From positions 80,607,241 to 80,663,081 of the forward strand of contig NC_057718.1 in NCBI RefSeq assembly GCF_004010195.1: a stretch of DNA of 55,841 nt. The letters run 5' to 3'. Both the position numbers and the translations under genes were made by a program. This stretch comes from Chiloscyllium plagiosum. Its lineage: Eukaryota. Under the pieces are notes generated by a model. That model did no database searches and was not told where the DNA came from. It saw nothing but the letters and a program-made list of their open reading frames with translations. This document shows positions 51,105 to 55,841 of the stretch, in pieces. The number at the start of each line of letters is the position of its first letter. Within the stretch, counting starts at the first letter, position 1.

Positions 51105-52095
51105 AGTCATAGTCATACAGCATGGAAACAAACCATTTGATCCAACTCGCTGACCAGATATCCCAATTTCACCAAGTCCCATTTGCCAGCATTTGGCCCA
51201 TATCCCTCTAAACCCTTGCTATGCATATACCCATCCAGATGCCTTTTAAATGTACTTGGATCCGCCTCCACTACTTCCTCTATTAGTTTGTTCCATATGT
51301 ACACCACCCTCTGTGTGAAAATGTTACCCCTCAGGTCCTTTTTAAAATCTCTCCCCTCTCACTTTAAACCTATGCCTTCTAGTTTTGGACTTCTCCACCC
51401 TTGGTAAAAGACCAGGGCTATTCACCTAATCCATGCCCATCATGATTTTATAAACCTCTATAAAGGTCATCCCTCAGTCTCCAGGGAAAATAGCCCCAGC
51501 TTATTCAGCCTCTTCCTCTAATTCAAACCTTTGGTTCTAGCAACATCCTTGTAAATCTTTTCTGCACCCTCTCAAGTTTAACAACATCCTTCGTCTAGAA
51601 GGTTGACCAGAATTTGGCAGCATAGTGGCTCAGCACCAGGGATCTCGGTTCAAATCCAGCCTCAGGCAATTGTCTTTGTGGAGTTTGTACATTTTCTCCA
51701 TGTCTGCATGGGTTTCCTCCGGGTGTTCCAGTTTCCTCTACACTCCAAAGGTGTGCAGGCTAGGTGGATTGGCCATGCTAAGTTGCCCATATTATCCGGA
51801 AATGTGTAGGTTAGATGGATTAACCATGGGAAATGTAGGTTTACAGGAATAGGGTAGGGGGAGTGGGTCTGTGTGGAATGCTTTTTGGAGAGTCAGTGGC
51901 CTGCTTCCACCCTGTAGGGATTCTATGATAATTGTATGCAACATTTTAGAAGTGGCCTCACCAATGTCCGTACAACACAGCATGACATCCCTACTCCCAT
52001 ACTCAATGTTCTGACTAATGAAGGCAAGTGTACCAAATGCCTCCTTAACCATGTTCTTTACTTGCGACTCCACTTTCAAGGAACTATGCACCTGC
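51105..52095 (-). mobile_element. CR1 3' portion containing an HE1-like SINE at about 51616-51930 (+)
   Basis: WNKLIEEVVEA..FKRHLD. The SINE has tggctcag / ggttcaaatcc boxes. Confidence 0.8.
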
Positions 52096-52099
52096 ACCG

Positions 52100-52990
52100 T
52101 TGTGTCTCTTTGATTGTAAATATTGGAAAATTTTCAAAATCAGCAAAAGGTTACTAAAAACATCATAAAAATGAGAATTTAGTGTATGGGAGAAAAATAG
52201 TGAGAAATTTTAAAAAAGGACTGTAAAAAATTGTCCAAGTATAAAAAAAAGAAAAAAGAAATAGCAAAAGTCAGCTTTGGTCCCTTTGAAGGTGAGGCTG
52301 AGGAATTGTCAAGGAAACAAAGAAATGCCAAAAACTTTGAACTAGTATTTTGTGTCTCATTTCATAGTAAAGACACAAAAAGCAGTTTAAGAACAATGGA
52401 AAAGCAGGGGTAAAATTGAAGGGGTAATTTGAAATTAGCATGATCATTCAAGAAATGGCACTAGAGAAAGTATTGGGACACGTCCCTGCACCTGATGGTC
52501 AACATGTAGCATCTAAAATGCACTTTGAGTTGTAATTGTCCAAAATTAACTATATTCTTGAAATTGGAAATATTGACGAATCCATCAGAGAAAAGCTTTA
52601 TATTTAATTAAGAATATTAAACGTTGACTGCTTATCTTGATCTTAATAAGCCTCTGTAAACAGGACAGAACAGAAACCAATTTCAGGAAAACTTTTGAAA
52701 ACTGTAAATGTGATACTGTTATTTAAAACAAGTACATCTCTATGACTCTTAGTGATATAGAACCTTGGAAACTATAGGACAGACAGTCTAACATCTGTCG
52801 TGAGGAAATGTTATAATCTATTATTATTAAGAAGGTAGTAGTAAGAGATTTAGAAAATCATAATACAATCAAGCTGCCTCATCATGGTTGTGTGAAAGGA
52901 AAATCATGTACGACAAATCATTTAAGTGCTCTTAACAGGGGGATAAAGGGGAATCAATAGATGTAGTGTCTTTGCAAATATCTTTCCAAA
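52100..52990 (+). mobile_element. Degenerate CR1 remnant
   Basis: ggaaactataggacagacagtctaacatctgtcgtg (GNYR..SLTSVV) and catggttgtgtgaaaggaaaatcatgt (HGCVKGKSC). Confidence 0.65.
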
Positions 52991-53309
52991 TTCAATGATC
53001 CTGGTAGAACTTGAAGTGAGTATCAGTGAGCAGGTTATTGCAAAGGCAAGTGCCATTTGATGGCATTGTTATGAACCCTTTCCTGGCAAAAATTGATGCT
53101 GTGATTGTGATAGCTATGCATGTTGTGGAAGACATCATGGATTGCTATAACATTTTGGAGACCCGATATTTTTTCCAGAAAAATGGTTTGGCTGTATCAA
53201 ACACAATGGTGTGAGAGTCAAGATAAAAATTGCTGGAAATATTAGAGTAAATCCAAAGTTCCCAGCTTGTCATCTGGGGGTTGTGGGTGAGGGATGAAAA
53301 AGTTAACTG

Positions 53310-53422
53310 GATCAGTGGTGCTGGAAGAGCACAGCAATTCAGGCAGCATTCGACGAGCAGCAAAATCGACGTTTTGGGCAAAAGCCCTTCATCAGGATCT
53401 GCAGTCATTGTTTTTTATCACC
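53310..53422. mobile_element. Family A-related insert: inverted tail-less arm plus a tail stub
   Basis: Minus CTGATGAagggc-tttt-gccc. Plus stub atctgcagtcattgtttt. TSD atgaaaaagttaactg at 53294-53309 and 53423-53438. Confidence 0.8.
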
Positions 53423-55345
53423 ATGAAAAAGTTAACTGTCTTACTTCAGCAAGAATATTTGTGATTGAATATTATTGCTTTGATTTTTCTTTCACCAGTT
53501 TTCTTCTTCCTACAATCCTGAAGGTGTCCATTTCTTGCTTGAGTAAAATTCCACAGTATCAGGCAAACATCTAGGCCTTCACTGAGGTGATCACTATTTT
53601 TCCACATATCTTGACAGCCAATTCTGCCAGTCAAAATGACCACAGGGTGTTAGCTAAGTCCCAGTCACATCTTCACTTCGAGCCGCACAATTCAAGACGT
53701 CATTCGGATGATATGTTAAATCAGATCTCATTGGCACTCATGCCACAAGTGTAGCATTGTAATTTCAGGTATAGAGAGTACGGTTTAATACCAGCAGGCA
53801 CCGAAGTTTTTTTTTAAAACATGCAGATTTCTTCTCATCTCAACTTCACATCGGAAAACATAAAGACAGTTTTAGGGATAAAGATCTTTTAACAAGTTTT
53901 CCTGAAATTGGTTTCTGTTCTGCCCTGTTTACAGAGGCTTATTAAGATCAAGATAAGCAGTTAACGTTTAATATTCTTAATTAAATAAAGTCCTTTTCTC
54001 TGCTGCATTCGTCGATATTTACAATTCTAACAAATATATCTTAGTGTCTGCATTATTTACTTATTCTTTTCTGACGTACATTTGGTAAGCATCCATACTT
54101 AAATCCGCCAGTCATTTATCAGAAATATTTTCCATTTAAATTTGCTGAATGACCTCCAAAAGCTGCACGAATTTATTTGTGAATTAATAGTCTGTCTATC
54201 CACAGTAATTTATGTGAGAAATCAGCTCAAGCAGCTTCATTCATTCGGTTGCTTCCGGCTCGGCCACAGAAAAATATTCACCTTCCTTCCATTTGTTCTT
54301 GAATCCAAAGCATACAGCATCTCATCAAGTGTGAAACACAGCTAATTTATAACCACCAAAAAAATGTTAGATTGAAACTAAAACTCGGCTGCTGATAAAG
54401 TAAGAAATTTGTTTGGCACTCAAAGTACAATGAGCCAACGAGAGAAAACGCGTAACCTTTTAAAGCTCAGAAGCTTGCCGAATTGAAGCTTTGAAAGAAA
54501 TACAATGAAAATCAAACTCCTTCTTAAAGTTAAACAAACACCTTCTGTCAACTGGATGACAGAGCGAAAAAAAATTCCTTATCGTTTCTGTTTCACTAGA
54601 AATGGGATTCTCCTGTTACAAAAATGTGCTAGTCAGACATCTCCAAGCTTGTTAAAGTTTCATCTTCAACTGAAAAGAGAAACCTTGTGACCATGTTGCA
54701 GTACTGTCAAAACTGTTCAAACTGGTGCCATAAACTATCCGTTGGTGAATTTTCCAAGTCCAGCTCCAAGGTTGAGCTGCCATTGCAATCCCATTAGGAA
54801 ATAATTAATGTTTTTTAAATGTTTCTGGTATTATTTGTCACTTTGAATGTCTTTAAATAGCATTAACTAAGGAGGAAAACATCATTATTTGGGAGGATGA
54901 CTATAAAATCGATACGTGTTTTGATGCTTTCATTTATTTTGGAGCAATACAGCTGCTCCACTGCTTTGAAACGGAGAGCAGTAGCTGTAAAAAAAACACG
55001 CAGCACGTCATGCTTCCTCACTAGCTGTGTTTTTTGTGACAGGGAGGATCACAAGCTTTGAGGGAAGGTGAGATGTGTCACGGACGTGGAGTTGAGTGAG
55101 ATGGAATAAGACAGATGCATTTATATTTCTTTCTGTTTTCAGATTTGGCTAATCTCAGGACAAAAAAAAGTCTCGCCTTCTAGAGATTTTTAACATTTTT
55201 CTGCGTTTGTGAATTGGCGATTAAAAACTAACAGTTCGCATCCCTCTGCATAATTGATTTCCTCAAACCAAGAAAATACCAACAAACTCTCTTTGTAACA
55301 TACTGTAATGGCACCAAATCCTCCAATGGTAACGTATTAATGATT

Positions 55346-55841
55346 GCTGGAAATGTGTTGCTGGAAAAGCGCAGCAGGTCAGGCAGCATCCAGGGAACAG
55401 GAGAATCGACGTTGCGGGCATAAGCCCTTCTTCAGGAATGAGGAAAGTTTGTCCAGCAGGCTAAGATAAAAGGTAGGGAGGAGGGACTTGGGGGAGGGGC
55501 GTCGGAAATGTGATAGGTGGAAAGAGGTCAAGGTGAGGGTGATAGGCCAGACTGGGGTGGGGGCGGAGAGGTCGGGAAGAAGATTGCAGGTTAGGAAGGC
55601 GGTGCTGAGTTCGATGGATTTGACTGAGACAAGGTGGGGGGAGGGGAAATACCTTGTCTCAGTCAAATCCATCGAACTCAGCACCGCCTTCCTAACCTGC
55701 AATCTTCTTCCCCACCTCTCCGCCCCCACCCCAGTCTGACCTATCACCCTCACCGTGACCTCTTTCCACCTACCACATTTCCGACGCCCCTCCCCCAAGT
55801 CCCTCCTCCCTACCTTTTATCTTACCCTGCTGGACAAACTT
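55346..55841. mobile_element. Long family A fold-back including upstream PLE 3' UTR, cut by the window end
   Basis: Left arm to 55635, 15-nt G-rich spacer, right arm from 55651. The minus core has GAAA changed to GCAA. Confidence 0.88.

Noticed and set aside
1..55841. Window end (…ggacaaactt) nearly continues into the window start (ttcctgaaga…), suggesting a circular molecule
   Set aside because: About 6 nt of consensus are missing, and the flanks at 129 onward and before 55346 share no TSD. Independent copies at the sequence boundaries are more likely.

Overview
Eukaryotic, repeat-dense intronic DNA, inferred to be from a cartilaginous fish (shark-like) because of its CR1/HER1-type LINEs and HE1-type tRNA SINEs. 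The only host coding sequence I can support is one 135-bp internal exon of PACRG (10657-10791, +). The rest is a nested graveyard of CR1 and other LINEs, tRNA SINEs, a Gmr1-type Gypsy element, a second Gypsy remnant, an ERV-like LTR/gag remnant, a Harbinger remnant and Tigger-like MITEs. The most striking signal is a set of about a dozen short Penelope-like (PLE) insertions carrying a minimal hammerhead ribozyme core (CUGAnGA-A-stem II-GAAAC-GUC). Many are fold-back inserts bounded by TSDs of 8-18 bp and follow one architecture. One arm ends at the element's true 3' end, the inverted arm always stops about 32-37 nt short of it, and most arms are 5'-truncated right at the ribozyme. An unrelated family at 46138-46236 shows the same geometry. 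One arm junction contains a 19-nt patch copied from DNA about 550 bp away. Most ORFs in the supplied track are spurious or are decayed transposon fragments.
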